NCBI GenBank assembly: GCA_045597185.1
Contig: JAZODV010000039.1
Span: forward strand, 1-40,434
DNA length: 40,434 nt
Direction of reading: 5' to 3'
Origin: Eubacteriales bacterium
GTDB lineage: Bacteria > Bacillota > Clostridia > Oscillospirales > CAG-272
Part shown: one piece after another, positions 8,077-17,246 of the stretch
Position numbering within the stretch: the stretch's first letter is position 1
Layout of the letters: the number at the start of each line of letters is the position of its first letter
The notes under the pieces: generated by a model
The model's input: the letters and a program-made list of their open reading frames with translations, nothing else
Told to the model about the DNA's origin: nothing
Databases searched by the model: none
Made by a program: the position numbers and the translations under genes

Positions 8077-9240
8077 ATGACAAGGAAATTATACTACGAA
8101 GACAGTTATATAAAGGAATTTGATGCCATTGTCGTTTCTTGCCAGGCGCTTGATGATGGCAAATATGCAATAATAACAGACTCAACCGCGTTTTTTCCAG
8201 AAGGAGGCGGTCAGCCGTCGGACATAGGTATTCTCGGCAATGCCAATATAACCTACGCTTATGAGGATGGCGACAATGTCGTTCACATATCGGACGAAGT
8301 TATAAACGTTGGAACAAAAGTGCATGGACGTATAGACTTTGAGAGACGTTTTAGACTCATGCAAAATCACAGCGGAGAACATATTCTATCTGGAATAGTA
8401 AACAGAAAATACGGTTTCAATAACGTTGGCTTCCATATGGGAGAGACAGATCTTACTATTGATTATAACAGCTTTTTGAGCAAGGAAGAGCTAAGAGAAA
8501 TCGAACGCGAGGCAAATATTGCCGTTTGCGGCAATCTAAAAATAACTGCTTGCGTGCCGACGCCCGAAGAACTTTCAAAAATGTCATACAGAAGCAAAAA
8601 AGAACTTTTTGGCGATATTCGCATAGTTGAAATAGAAGGCTATGACAGGTGCGCATGCTGTGCGCCTCATTTGAATAGGACGGGAGAGATAGGCATTATA
8701 AAGGTACTCGATTCTATAAAATACAAAGGTGGCGTTCGTGTTCACTTTAAATGCGGATTTGACGCGCTTGACGATTATAACCGAAAATACGACGCGGTAA
8801 AAGAGATATCAAATACTCTTTCTGTAAAACAGGACAGTGTTGTGGAGGGCTTTTTTAAGAATGAGGAAAGCTATGCCGAATGCCGTGTCAAGCTTTCGGA
8901 GCTGAGAACGGAAATATTAAATATGAAAGCGGCGTCTGTCAAGCAAACGGACGGAAATCTGTGCATCTTTGAAGAGGAGCTTAACGGAGATTACCTTAGA
9001 AGATTTGCTTTGTCGGTCGCGGAAAAGAGCAACGGCATTACCGCTGTATTTTCCGGTGAAGAAGGGAATTATAACTATGTTATTCTAAGCAGAAGCATTG
9101 ATTTAAGAGCTTGTGTCAAAGAAATAAATACGGTTCTTTCGGGCCGTGGAGGAGGAAGTGCCGAGATGATTCAGGGAAAAGCCGCGACAACACGCGCGGT
9201 AGTGGAGGATTTTATATTAAACTATGGCAAACGTACTTGA
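8077..9240 (+). CDS. Alanyl-tRNA editing protein (AlaX-L type with DHHA1 domain)
   Basis: FFPEGGGQP, HSGEHILS, CCAPH zinc motifs and C-terminal GRGGGS. Confidence 0.9.
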   Translation: MTRKLYYEDSYIKEFDAIVVSCQALDDGKYAIITDSTAFFPEGGGQPSDIGILGNANITYAYEDGDNVVHISDEVINVGTKVHGRIDFERRFRLMQNHSGEHILSGIVNRKYGFNNVGFHMGETDLTIDYNSFLSKEELREIEREANIAVCGNLKITACVPTPEELSKMSYRSKKELFGDIRIVEIEGYDRCACCAPHLNRTGEIGIIKVLDSIKYKGGVRVHFKCGFDALDDYNRKYDAVKEISNTLSVKQDSVVEGFFKNEESYAECRVKLSELRTEILNMKAASVKQTDGNLCIFEEELNGDYLRRFALSVAEKSNGITAVFSGEEGNYNYVILSRSIDLRACVKEINTVLSGRGGGSAEMIQGKAATTRAVVEDFILNYGKRT

Positions 9241-10321
9241 TTATTTGATTTGGCGAGGAGACCTGTCTTTTAAGCAATCGACACTAAATGAAGTAGATAA
9301 TATTCTTCTTGTTTTTTTGAATTTTCTTGATTTTGAGGATATTATCCCGAACGAGCTTGAAAAGGGATGCATTTTACTAAAGGATGCCGTTAATAAAAGT
9401 CTTGCAAAGCAGGATGGAAAAAAGCCGCACTACGGTGCGCTTATGCCAAGTGCTGACATTGAGAGAATGGCTAAGCTTATGGCAAAAAGCAACCGCTTTT
9501 CAAACGCAAAGCTTATGGGATACGCTAAAGAGATATGTGTGGAAAAAGAACAGCAGTTTGCCGCTTTTACCGCTGTACTTGATGACGGAAGTTTATTTGT
9601 TTCGTTCAGCGGAACAGACGACACTATAATCGGATGGAAAGAGGATATGAATATGTCCTTTTCTGACGAGATCCCCGGTCAAAAAAGAGCAGTCGAGTAT
9701 CTTGAAGATGTAGCAAATGCCGTTGACGGATCTATTAGAGTCGGAGGTCACAGTAAGGGCGGAAATCTTGCTGTATATGCGGCGGCAAAATGCAAAGAGG
9801 ATGTGCAGCAAAGAATATCAAGAGTATACAACAATGATGGACCGGGATTTTCAAAAGCTTTTCTTGAATCCGAAGGATATATTAATATAAGGTCGAGAAT
9901 ATTGAAGCTTGTTCCTCAGGAATCTGTGGTCGGAATGTTACTTGCAAACGATAACAATTTTACGGTCATTTACAGTAAAAAATCAGGGGTCGTTCAGCAC
10001 AACAGCTTTCTTTGGGAGGTTAGAGGTCGTCATTTTGTCAGACGAAGCGAGCTTGCTAAAAAGAGTCTTGAATTAAGCAATGTAATAAACAGTTGGATAG
10101 AAGAGAAAGATTATGAGACAAGAAAGAATCTTATTAACGTAACCTATGAGATACTAACAGCGTCGGAAGCGAAGACACTCACCGATATAAACAAAGGATA
10201 TCCTGCGCTTTTTAAGGCGATAAAAAAGGTTGATCCAAAAAAGAGAGAGCTTGTTTTAAAGGCAATCTCAGAGCTCGCTGGCGATATAATAAAATCCAAA
10301 CTTACAACAAATGACTATTGA
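9224..10321 (+). CDS. DUF2974 (Mbeg1-like) alpha/beta hydrolase
   Basis: DYLIWRGDLSF, GTDDTIIGWKED, GHSKGGNLA (GxSxG) and NDGPGF. Confidence 0.88.
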   Translation: MANVLDYLIWRGDLSFKQSTLNEVDNILLVFLNFLDFEDIIPNELEKGCILLKDAVNKSLAKQDGKKPHYGALMPSADIERMAKLMAKSNRFSNAKLMGYAKEICVEKEQQFAAFTAVLDDGSLFVSFSGTDDTIIGWKEDMNMSFSDEIPGQKRAVEYLEDVANAVDGSIRVGGHSKGGNLAVYAAAKCKEDVQQRISRVYNNDGPGFSKAFLESEGYINIRSRILKLVPQESVVGMLLANDNNFTVIYSKKSGVVQHNSFLWEVRGRHFVRRSELAKKSLELSNVINSWIEEKDYETRKNLINVTYEILTASEAKTLTDINKGYPALFKAIKKVDPKKRELVLKAISELAGDIIKSKLTTNDY

Positions 10322-10338
10322 TAAGGAGAGAAAATATC

Positions 10339-11133
10339 ATGAGAAAACTTGGTATGAATGCAGGTAGCTTTGAGGGAATTTCTGCTCTTAACAGTCTGAC
10401 TTATATAAAAAGTGCGGGATTCGACAGCTTTTTTACCGGATTTAAGGATGATGAAACTGTCGGAAAAATAGCCGAAGAAGCTGCCAAAAAGGGACTGATC
10501 TACGAAACAATACACGCTCCGTTTAAAGGTATAATAAATAATATTTGGAAGAACACGGAGGAAGGAGAGGAAACTCTTGGTATATTTAAGAGCTGTGCCG
10601 ATGCCTGCGCGCATTATGATATACCTGTTATGGTAGTTCACCTCAGCGCAGGATCAAAACCGCCTTGCGTAAACGATATCGGTCGCTCAAGATGGGACAG
10701 ACTTGTTGAACATGCTGGGAATGTCGGTGTTACCATTGCTTTTGAAAATCAGAGAAAGCTTGCAAACCTTGCGTTTGTCTTTGAACTTTATGACGATGTT
10801 CCTCACGTAAAATTCTGTTGAGATAACGGACACGAGACCTGTTTTGCGCATTCTATGGAATATATGCCGCTTTTCGGTAAGAAGACGGTTGCACTACACA
10901 TTCACGATAATATGAAAGAGCATAATCAGGACATACACCTTTTGCCGTTTGATGGTGCAATAGATTTTAACAGAGTCGCAGATCATATACGAAATTCCGG
11001 ATTTGAAGGAACAGTTATGCTTGAGGCTCTGCCGAAAAACAGCACTGTTTATGTGGGCTATACGCCCGAACAGTATTACGAAAGAGCATATAACGCAGCC
11101 TCAAGACTTCGTAGCCTTATAGACAATCAATAA
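10339..11133 (+). pseudogene. Sugar phosphate isomerase/epimerase (xylose isomerase-like TIM barrel), copy 1, interrupted by an in-frame TGA at 10819-10821
   Basis: ORFs 10318-10821 and 10855-11133 are in the same frame and align end to end with the 11149-11937 paralog, which has TGG at this codon. Confidence 0.85.
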
Positions 11134-11148
11134 TTGGAGGTTTTTATT

Positions 11149-11937
11149 ATGAGAAAACTTGGAATGAACCTGCTGGGATTTCCCGGATACTCTATGCAGG
11201 AAAGCCTTTCGTGTATAAAAGCGGCGGGCTTTGACAGCTTTTTCAGTGGATTTAGAAATGATGAGCAGATGGGTAATATCGCAGACGAGGCAAGCAAAAG
11301 AGGTCTTTTTTACGAAACTGTTCACGCACCTTCAAAAGGAATAAACAATATATGGCTTGATACCGATGAAGGCGAGGAGCCTCTTAAAGATTTTATGGAC
11401 TGTGCAGATGCTTGCGCACATTATGATGTTCCTGTTATGATCATACATCTCAGCAGTGGAGAAGATGCTCCGTGTGTAAGTGATATAGGGCGTTCGAGAT
11501 GGGACAGACTTGTTGAACACGCAGGTAAGCTCGGAGTTACGCTTGCTTTCGAAAATCAAAGAAAGCTTGCAAACCTTGCTTTTATATTTGAACTTTATAA
11601 AGATGTTCCTCACGTAAAATTCTGTTGGGATAACGGACACGAGGCGTGCTTTACAGATGGGATCGAATATATGCCGCTTTTTGGCAAGAAGACGGTTGCA
11701 CTTCACATTCATGATAATACCGTTGAATATAATAAGGATCTTCATTATCTCCCTTTTGATGGAAAAATTGATTTTGACCGTGTTGCGGAGCATATAAGAA
11801 ACGCAAAGTTTGAAGGAACGGTAATGCTTGAGGTCACATATAAAAAAGGTGTGATCTACGAAGGATATACCCCGGAACAGTTTTTTGAAAGAGCATATAA
11901 TGCCGCAGCAAGACTTCGCACACTTATTGACGGCTGA
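11149..11937 (+). CDS. Sugar phosphate isomerase/epimerase (xylose isomerase-like TIM barrel), copy 2, intact
   Basis: HAP, FEN, WDNGH, LHIHDN, LPFDG and MLEV metal-binding motifs; RBS GGAGG. Confidence 0.88.
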   Translation: MRKLGMNLLGFPGYSMQESLSCIKAAGFDSFFSGFRNDEQMGNIADEASKRGLFYETVHAPSKGINNIWLDTDEGEEPLKDFMDCADACAHYDVPVMIIHLSSGEDAPCVSDIGRSRWDRLVEHAGKLGVTLAFENQRKLANLAFIFELYKDVPHVKFCWDNGHEACFTDGIEYMPLFGKKTVALHIHDNTVEYNKDLHYLPFDGKIDFDRVAEHIRNAKFEGTVMLEVTYKKGVIYEGYTPEQFFERAYNAAARLRTLIDG

Positions 11938-11941
11938 TTAT

Positions 11942-12439
11942 ATGGTAAAGACAAAACGGCTTATATTGAAGCAGCTCTCGCCAATGGACAGAGAGAATGT
12001 AGGGGCAATACTTACAGACAAAACCGTTAAAAGAACATATATACTTCCTGATTTCAAAACCGAAGAAGAAATAACGAAAATGTTTGAGCGCCTAATGAAA
12101 TACTCGCGATCAAGAAAGCATTATTTTGTTGGAATATATTTTGAAAAGACGCTCATAGGCTTCATAAACGAAGTTGAGGTAAAAGGGAAGACCATAGAAC
12201 TTGGTTATGTTATAAATCCTGACCATCACAATAGAGGATACATGACCGAAGCGCTTGCCGCAGCTATATGTGATCTTTTTAAAAGAGGATTTCGCAGAAT
12301 CGTAACCGGTGTCTTTGAAGAAAACGTCGCGAGCATAAGGGTTATGAAAAAATGCGGTATGAGAAAAATAAAGAAGGAAGAAGACCTTGAATACAGGGGT
12401 AAAACACATCACTGCCTTTATTATGCTATAGATGCGTAA
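11942..12439 (+). CDS. GNAT family (RimJ/RimL-like) N-acetyltransferase
   Basis: TKRLILK, ELGYVI, HNRGYMTEA and NVASIRVMKKCGM. Confidence 0.88.
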   Translation: MVKTKRLILKQLSPMDRENVGAILTDKTVKRTYILPDFKTEEEITKMFERLMKYSRSRKHYFVGIYFEKTLIGFINEVEVKGKTIELGYVINPDHHNRGYMTEALAAAICDLFKRGFRRIVTGVFEENVASIRVMKKCGMRKIKKEEDLEYRGKTHHCLYYAIDA

Positions 12440-12478
12440 TACAAATAAAAATAATTTTAATTTTTTTCTAAAAACCTA

Positions 12479-12507
12479 TTGACATAGTGGCACTTTTGCG
12501 GTATAAT
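12479..12507 (+). promoter_or_regulatory. sigmaA promoter of tRNA
   Basis: Perfect TTGACA-N17-TATAAT. Confidence 0.88.
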
Positions 12508-12526
12508 AATCAAGCCGTTTTGAAAC

Positions 12527-12603
12527 GGGCCATTAGCTCAGTTGGTTAGAGCTACCGGCTCATAACCGGTCGGTCCGGGGTTCGAGTCCCTGATGGCCCA
12601 CCA
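12527..12603 (+). tRNA. tRNA with CAT anticodon, most likely tRNA-Ile2 (lysidine)
   Basis: Cloverleaf with GGGCCAT/ATGGCCC acceptor, CCGG-CT-CAT-AA-CCGG anticodon arm, GGTTCGAGTCC T arm and encoded CCA; paired 1-72 excludes fMet, and the body resembles Firmicute Ile2. Confidence 0.93.
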
Positions 12604-12641
12604 AAAAATCGACAAGTTTCTTTTGAAGCTTGTCGATTTTT
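12604..12641. terminator. Bidirectional terminator after tRNA
   Basis: AAAAATCGACAAG...CTTGTCGATTTTT. Confidence 0.8.
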
Positions 12642-12654
12642 ACTTGTGTAATTT

Positions 12655-13227
12655 TTATATCGAATAAAGTATCATTCCAAGTCCTGCAGAGATAAGTATC
12701 ATAAGTATCGGAGAGGGCTTTTTCTTTATCACTTTTTTGAAAACAAGTGCGGTCAGAACCAATATTGCTAAAATGATAATTCCCTTATAGTCGATGGTAA
12801 ACGTGTTACCGATAGTTGTAGTACCGAATAACGTACTTATAAGCATTGTGACCGCAGTAGCAAGGATCAAAGCGACCACGCAAGGGCGCACACCGCCAAG
12901 GAACGCCTGAACAGCATTATACTTTAGAAAATTCCGTATCAGCGCTGAGATCAACAGAATTATAATAAAAGAGGGAAGTACCACGCCCAGTGTTGCTGTA
13001 ATCGAGCCGAGTATGCCTCCTTGCGTTGAACCGACGAATGTCGCCATATTGACAGCAATAGGACCGGGAGTTGATTCAGATACCGCGATCATATTTAGTA
13101 GCTCTTCTTCGGTAAGCCACTCGAATGAAAGAGCCTTTTCGCGTATCAGAGAGATCATTCCGTAACCACCGCCAAACGTAAACAGACCAATCTCGAAGAA
13201 GGTCAAAAAAAGCTTTAAATAGATCAT
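12655..13227 (-). CDS. Chromate transporter, short-chain CHR half
   Basis: IGLFTFGGGY and SESTPGPIAVNMAT motifs. Confidence 0.92.
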   Translation of the reverse strand: MIYLKLFLTFFEIGLFTFGGGYGMISLIREKALSFEWLTEEELLNMIAVSESTPGPIAVNMATFVGSTQGGILGSITATLGVVLPSFIIILLISALIRNFLKYNAVQAFLGGVRPCVVALILATAVTMLISTLFGTTTIGNTFTIDYKGIIILAILVLTALVFKKVIKKKPSPILMILISAGLGMILYSI

Positions 13228-13799
13228 TTTTTCTCCTCCTTCTTTTTATGTAACTGCTTCAAGAGATATGCAACCAGCCCCGCACAGCCGCAAATAAGAA
13301 TGTAAAGGATCGTGGAGAACTTCACGGCAAACAGAGAGAATAATACCATGCAGACAACTACCACTGAAACGATAGTAATTGATAAAGCTGTTTTCTTCAT
13401 TTGCTTGAGCATTCTAAACCCTGCAGAGAATATGAGATATATGACGCATACCTGTATTCCTCTGAATGCGTATCCCACAAGTGTGAAGGACAAAAAAGCG
13501 TCAAAAAAAAGTGAAATAACGTATATGATGACAAATGACGGTATACAGATGGCAACTGTAGCAATTATCGAGCCTATAACGCGCAGCTGCTTGTAGCCAA
13601 TATAGGTCGCCGCGTTGATAGCTATAGGACCGGGCGTTGATTCGGCAATAGCCACCATATCAAGGAACTCATCCTTCTCAATATATTGTTTCTTTTCGAC
13701 AAACTCATTTTCAAGCAAGGCGATCATAGCGTATCCGCCGCCAAAGGTGAACAAACCGATTTTTAGCATGGTCAAGAATAGATTTATGTATTTTTTCAT
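13224..13799 (-). CDS. Chromate transporter, short-chain CHR half
   Basis: IGLFTFGGGYAM and AESTPGPIAINAAT motifs; ATGA-coupled to both neighbours. Confidence 0.92.
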   Translation of the reverse strand: MKKYINLFLTMLKIGLFTFGGGYAMIALLENEFVEKKQYIEKDEFLDMVAIAESTPGPIAINAATYIGYKQLRVIGSIIATVAICIPSFVIIYVISLFFDAFLSFTLVGYAFRGIQVCVIYLIFSAGFRMLKQMKKTALSITIVSVVVVCMVLFSLFAVKFSTILYILICGCAGLVAYLLKQLHKKKEEKK

Positions 13800-14353
13800 T
13801 TTTCACTCCGTTTATATAAATAACAGTCTTTATCGTGTGAATATATCACACCGATTGCCTGTAGATAGGAATATATAACCATCGAACCGACAAAGGTCAT
13901 ACCTCGCTTTTTCAGATCCTTTGAAATAGCATCCGACAAATCGTTTGTTGTTCTGTCGGTCTCAAACACGGTTTTGTCATTAGTAAAGGTTTTTAAATAA
14001 TTATGAAAAGAACCGTACTCAACGGCCATCTCCTTGAAGATCCTGCTGTTATTGATGCTTGCATTGATTTTGAGCTTGTTTCTTATAATGTCTTTGTTGT
14101 TCAATAATTCACAGACCTTGTTTACATCGTAAGAAATCACTTTATCAATATCAAAATTGTCGTACGCATGCCGGAAGCTTTCTCGTTTGTTAAGAACACA
14201 TTCCCAAGAGAGTCCTGCCTGAAAGGATTCGAGTATCAACATTTCGTATAAATATTTGTCGTCAAAATTCGGTACACACCATTCGGTATCGTGGTACTTA
14301 ACGTATAAGTCGTTTTTTAAATTACACCATTTGCATCTTTTTTTGCCGTCCAT
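13796..14353 (-). CDS. tag: DNA-3-methyladenine glycosylase I
   Basis: RCKW, YHDTEW, LESFQAGLSW, IIRNKLKI, LKKRGMTFVGS and HDKDC; start moved to the ATG at 14353. Confidence 0.93.
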   Translation of the reverse strand: MDGKKRCKWCNLKNDLYVKYHDTEWCVPNFDDKYLYEMLILESFQAGLSWECVLNKRESFRHAYDNFDIDKVISYDVNKVCELLNNKDIIRNKLKINASINNSRIFKEMAVEYGSFHNYLKTFTNDKTVFETDRTTNDLSDAISKDLKKRGMTFVGSMVIYSYLQAIGVIYSHDKDCYLYKRSEK

Positions 14354-14390
14354 GTCAGTTCGCCCCATTGATTTCCTGTTTGTTGCTTCA

Positions 14391-14460
14391 ATTATACCAC
14401 AAATAAATGAATTCTTCAATATGCTTTTAGCTTGAAAATTTGACTGCAATATGATATAAT
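14391..14460. promoter_or_regulatory. Back-to-back sigmaA promoters (tag operon and MmcQ operon)
   Basis: Minus: TTGAAG-N17-TATAAT (14419-14391); plus: TTGAAA-N17-TATAAT (14432-14460). Confidence 0.7.
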
Positions 14461-14488
14461 TATCAAAAAAGCAGCAGAGGACATAAAA

Positions 14489-14872
14489 GTGACAAGACAA
14501 AATTTATTTGAACTGTGTTTGGATTTCTACGGAACGTCGCCTGACTATCCGTTTGACGATCTTTTGGAAACGGCGGTACTAAGGCACGAGGATAACCGAA
14601 AGTGGTATGCGATCGTGATGAAGGTGTCACGGCGCAAATTTGGATTCGAGAGCGACGAAGTCATCGACGTTGTGAATCTAAAGTTACCGACCGAAATGTT
14701 CGGCTCGTTCGGTACATCTGATGGTGTCTATCCCGCGTATCATATGAATAAGCTGCATTGGATCTCGGTACTCCTGCCGGACGCTGCCGAAGACACTGTC
14801 GAGTTCCTTGTTAACGTGAGCTTTGAGGCTACCAAGAATAAGAAAAAAACAAGAAAGAATACGGGTACATAG
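14489..14872 (+). CDS. MmcQ/YjbR family DNA-binding protein
   Basis: [13 protein letters not shown] and [13 protein letters not shown] motifs. Confidence 0.9.
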   Translation: MTRQNLFELCLDFYGTSPDYPFDDLLETAVLRHEDNRKWYAIVMKVSRRKFGFESDEVIDVVNLKLPTEMFGSFGTSDGVYPAYHMNKLHWISVLLPDAAEDTVEFLVNVSFEATKNKKKTRKNTGT

Positions 14873-14876
14873 ACAA

Positions 14877-15527
14877 ATGTTAGAAACAGAAAGACTTATT
14901 CTTCGCCCGTGGCGCGAAGATGATGCAGAAGACTTATACATATATGCGAGAGATGCGGAGGTAGGTCCGCCTGCGGGGTGGCCGCCGCACACGAGCGTAG
15001 AGAATAGCCGTGAGATTATTCGTACGGTTCTGTCTGCACCCGAAACCTATGCCGTGTGTCTGAAAGAGGACGGCAAGCCTATCGGCAGTATTGGGTTTCA
15101 TCGCAAAGATCTTGCAGAAAAAGAAGACGAATACGAGCTCGGATATTGGATTGGAAAACCGTTTTGGGGGCGCAGACTCATTCCCGAAGCCTCTCGTGAG
15201 ATGCTTCGACACGCCTTCGAGGATCTCAAAATGAATCGGATTTGGTGCGGTTATTACGACGGAAATGAGAAATCCCGACGGGTGCAAGAAAAGCTTGGAT
15301 TCGTATATCAGCGCAAAACCGAAGGCATTGAAGTAAGTCTTCTTGGCGAGATTCGAATGGGGCATTCCAATCTTATGACCAAAGAGCGTTGGCAGAAGGT
15401 GGAGCTTTTTCGTAAGCAGAAAAACCTGCTTGATACCTTTCGCAAGAAGAACGCTATCTCTGTCGTGCAATACAATAAAAGTCTTGGAGATTTGCGTGAC
15501 TTAATGGATATGCACGGAGTTGAATAA
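14877..15527 (+). CDS. GNAT (RimJ-like) acetyltransferase with a ~40-aa C-terminal extension
   Basis: [11 protein letters not shown]-like start, [15 protein letters not shown] and [13 protein letters not shown]. Confidence 0.88.
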   Translation: MLETERLILRPWREDDAEDLYIYARDAEVGPPAGWPPHTSVENSREIIRTVLSAPETYAVCLKEDGKPIGSIGFHRKDLAEKEDEYELGYWIGKPFWGRRLIPEASREMLRHAFEDLKMNRIWCGYYDGNEKSRRVQEKLGFVYQRKTEGIEVSLLGEIRMGHSNLMTKERWQKVELFRKQKNLLDTFRKKNAISVVQYNKSLGDLRDLMDMHGVE

Positions 15528-15552
15528 AATACAAACAAAATAACGTAGATTT

Positions 15553-15589
15553 TTGCCATCTCCTGTGTTGTGCTACAGGAGATGGCAAA
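15553..15589. terminator. Intrinsic terminator hairpin
   Basis: TTTGCCATCTCCTGT...ACAGGAGATGGCAAA. Confidence 0.7.
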
Positions 15590-15664
15590 CTTTATGGATG
15601 TTAACACATCAAGATGCAGATCGGTACAGCTATATATGACGCGCTGACGGATTTAAGGGAATAG

Positions 15665-15693
15665 AAAATGGCTACCGTGTGGTAGCCATTTTT
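15665..15693. terminator. Intrinsic terminator hairpin
   Basis: AAAATGGCTACC-GTGT-GGTAGCCATTTT. Confidence 0.7.
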
Positions 15694-15713
15694 GGATAAC
15701 CGACAAACTGAAT

Positions 15714-16250
15714 TCATTGAATTCCTTCGATTAAGTCAGCGAAGAAACTATTTGTAAATTTGTTCATTTCTTCGCACATAGGAATCGTTACGGGTAAATA
15801 ACATTTGTTTCTGTCTAAAACATTCTTTTCCATATAGTCAAGAGTATCGAGTAAAGTTTGACCTCTAACAGAACCTGTAATCAAAGTTTTCACAACGAGG
15901 TATGATTTTCCACCTTCTAACACATGAGCATCGTGTAAAATCTTGCCTTCAATGGTTTCAGGAATTTCACTTCTTTGAGATTCCCAAGCGATTTTTAACG
16001 TTTTGGCAATCTTTTCTTTGTCATAATTCTGTGCCAACATCCATTGCTCAATTTTGGCTTCATCTTTGTAGATAAAGCCATGAAAATATGTCGCTAATTC
16101 CAGACATTCTTCGTCTACGGAATAACTGCTGCAAGCAAGTATTTTGTTGATCATTTTTTGTACAAGTTCAATGTGCCACATATTGTGCATGAGGTCTTTA
16201 TCTGCATAATATGGCTCAACAAATTTGATTAATGCTTTTTTGTTCAACAT
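15714..16250 (-). CDS. Hypothetical protein, degenerate HD-domain-like
   Basis: MHNMWHIELV...LATYFHG...ILHDAHVLE follows HD-fold spacing with HD replaced by HG; has its own promoter and RBS. Confidence 0.6.
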   Translation of the reverse strand: MLNKKALIKFVEPYYADKDLMHNMWHIELVQKMINKILACSSYSVDEECLELATYFHGFIYKDEAKIEQWMLAQNYDKEKIAKTLKIAWESQRSEIPETIEGKILHDAHVLEGGKSYLVVKTLITGSVRGQTLLDTLDYMEKNVLDRNKCYLPVTIPMCEEMNKFTNSFFADLIEGIQ

Positions 16251-16277
16251 TTGTATACCCCGTCAAATTTTTGTTTA

Positions 16278-16306
16278 ATTATACCACAAAAAAGTAAAAA
16301 CCGCAA
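16278..16306 (-). promoter_or_regulatory. sigmaA-type promoter
   Basis: Minus strand TTGCGG-N17-TATAAT with TGTG extension. Confidence 0.65.
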
Positions 16307-16517
16307 TCCTTTTACCAAGAATTACGGTTAAATGGCGGCGACGGAGAAAAGTGATTTTTACTTTGACGCTCGCGTTGCTCGCTTTCCAAGGCAAGTAGCA
16401 GTCCCTACTTTAATTAAAAAAATCAGAAAATATATGTTAAACTTCAGTTTTTTGTACCTTGCTTTAAGCAAAACTTAGAATATAATAAAGAATTTTTAAA
16501 TTTTTTCGTTTTTGCTA

Positions 16518-16546
16518 TTGCAAAAATTAAAATGTTGTGGTATAAT
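16518..16546 (+). promoter_or_regulatory. sigmaA promoter of tRNA-Ser
   Basis: TTGCAA-N17-TATAAT with TG extension. Confidence 0.8.
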
Positions 16547-16583
16547 ACCAACGTTGCGCGAAAACGCAATGTAAAATCAATAC

Positions 16584-16672
16584 GGAGAGATATCGAAGTG
16601 GTCATAACGGGGCTGACTCGAAATCAGTTTGTGCGAAAGCACACGAGGGTTCGAATCCCTCTCTCTCCGCCA
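16584..16672 (+). tRNA. tRNA-Ser(CGA)
   Basis: GGAGAGA/TCTCTCC acceptor, G discriminator plus CCA, anticodon loop CT-CGA-AA, long variable arm and GGTTCGAATCC. Confidence 0.95.
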
Positions 16673-16712
16673 TAAGCAAAGACACCGTCAATTATGACGG
16701 TGTCTTTGCTTA
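16672..16712. terminator. Bidirectional terminator (tRNA-Ser / hpf)
   Basis: ATAAGCAAAGACACCGTCA-ATTA-TGACGGTGTCTTTGCTTAT. Confidence 0.8.
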
Positions 16713-16715
16713 TGA

Positions 16716-17246
16716 TTAATTTTCATGTATAGGAGTTATAAGACCAATGTCTCCGTCTTTTCTTTCATATACAACACAAGTGTCGCCGGTTGTGGAATCT
16801 TCAAAAACATAAAAGTCATGGTCTAGAAGCTTCATTTGCATTATGGCTTCCTCTACCGACATCGGCTTAAAATAAAAGGATTTTTTGCGGATCTTGAATT
16901 CCGTTTCCTCTTCGATATTGTCAAGAACAGGGTCGGGCGCCTCAAAAGCCGAGTCACGTATTCTTTTTCCAAGTCTTGTCTTGAATTTTCTTATCTGTCT
17001 TTCAATAGCTTCTATATCTCTGTCAAGAGCTTCGCGGAACGTAGCTTCTTCCGCTTCTCCTCTAAAGAACGTGTTTGAGGCAGAAATTGTAACTTCAAGT
17101 CTCTCTTTATTTTTCCTTTTGCTGAAGGTTACTGTGGCGTCACCTTCATCGTAAAAATATTTGTCGAGTTTTGCAAGCTTTTTGGCAACAAGAGCCTTTA
17201 AGTCTTCGGAAACCTGCATTTGTCTTCCAACGGTCGTAATTTTCAT
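16716..17246 (-). CDS. hpf: Ribosome hibernation promoting factor (long HPF/RaiA)
   Basis: KKLAKLDKYF, ERQIRKFKTRL and C-terminal KPMSVEEAIMQM...VVYERKDG; RBS AAGGAGG. Confidence 0.93.
   Translation of the reverse strand: MKITTVGRQMQVSEDLKALVAKKLAKLDKYFYDEGDATVTFSKRKNKERLEVTISASNTFFRGEAEEATFREALDRDIEAIERQIRKFKTRLGKRIRDSAFEAPDPVLDNIEEETEFKIRKKSFYFKPMSVEEAIMQMKLLDHDFYVFEDSTTGDTCVVYERKDGDIGLITPIHEN

Noticed and set aside
10819-10860. Selenocysteine or genetic code 4/25 explanation for the in-frame TGA
   Set aside because: The codon aligns with Trp, not Cys; no SECIS-like hairpin is evident; several genes in the window end with TGA at their expected C-termini
12527-12603. Initiator tRNA-fMet assignment
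   Set aside because: Has a paired G1-C72 and lacks the three consecutive G-C pairs in the anticodon stem
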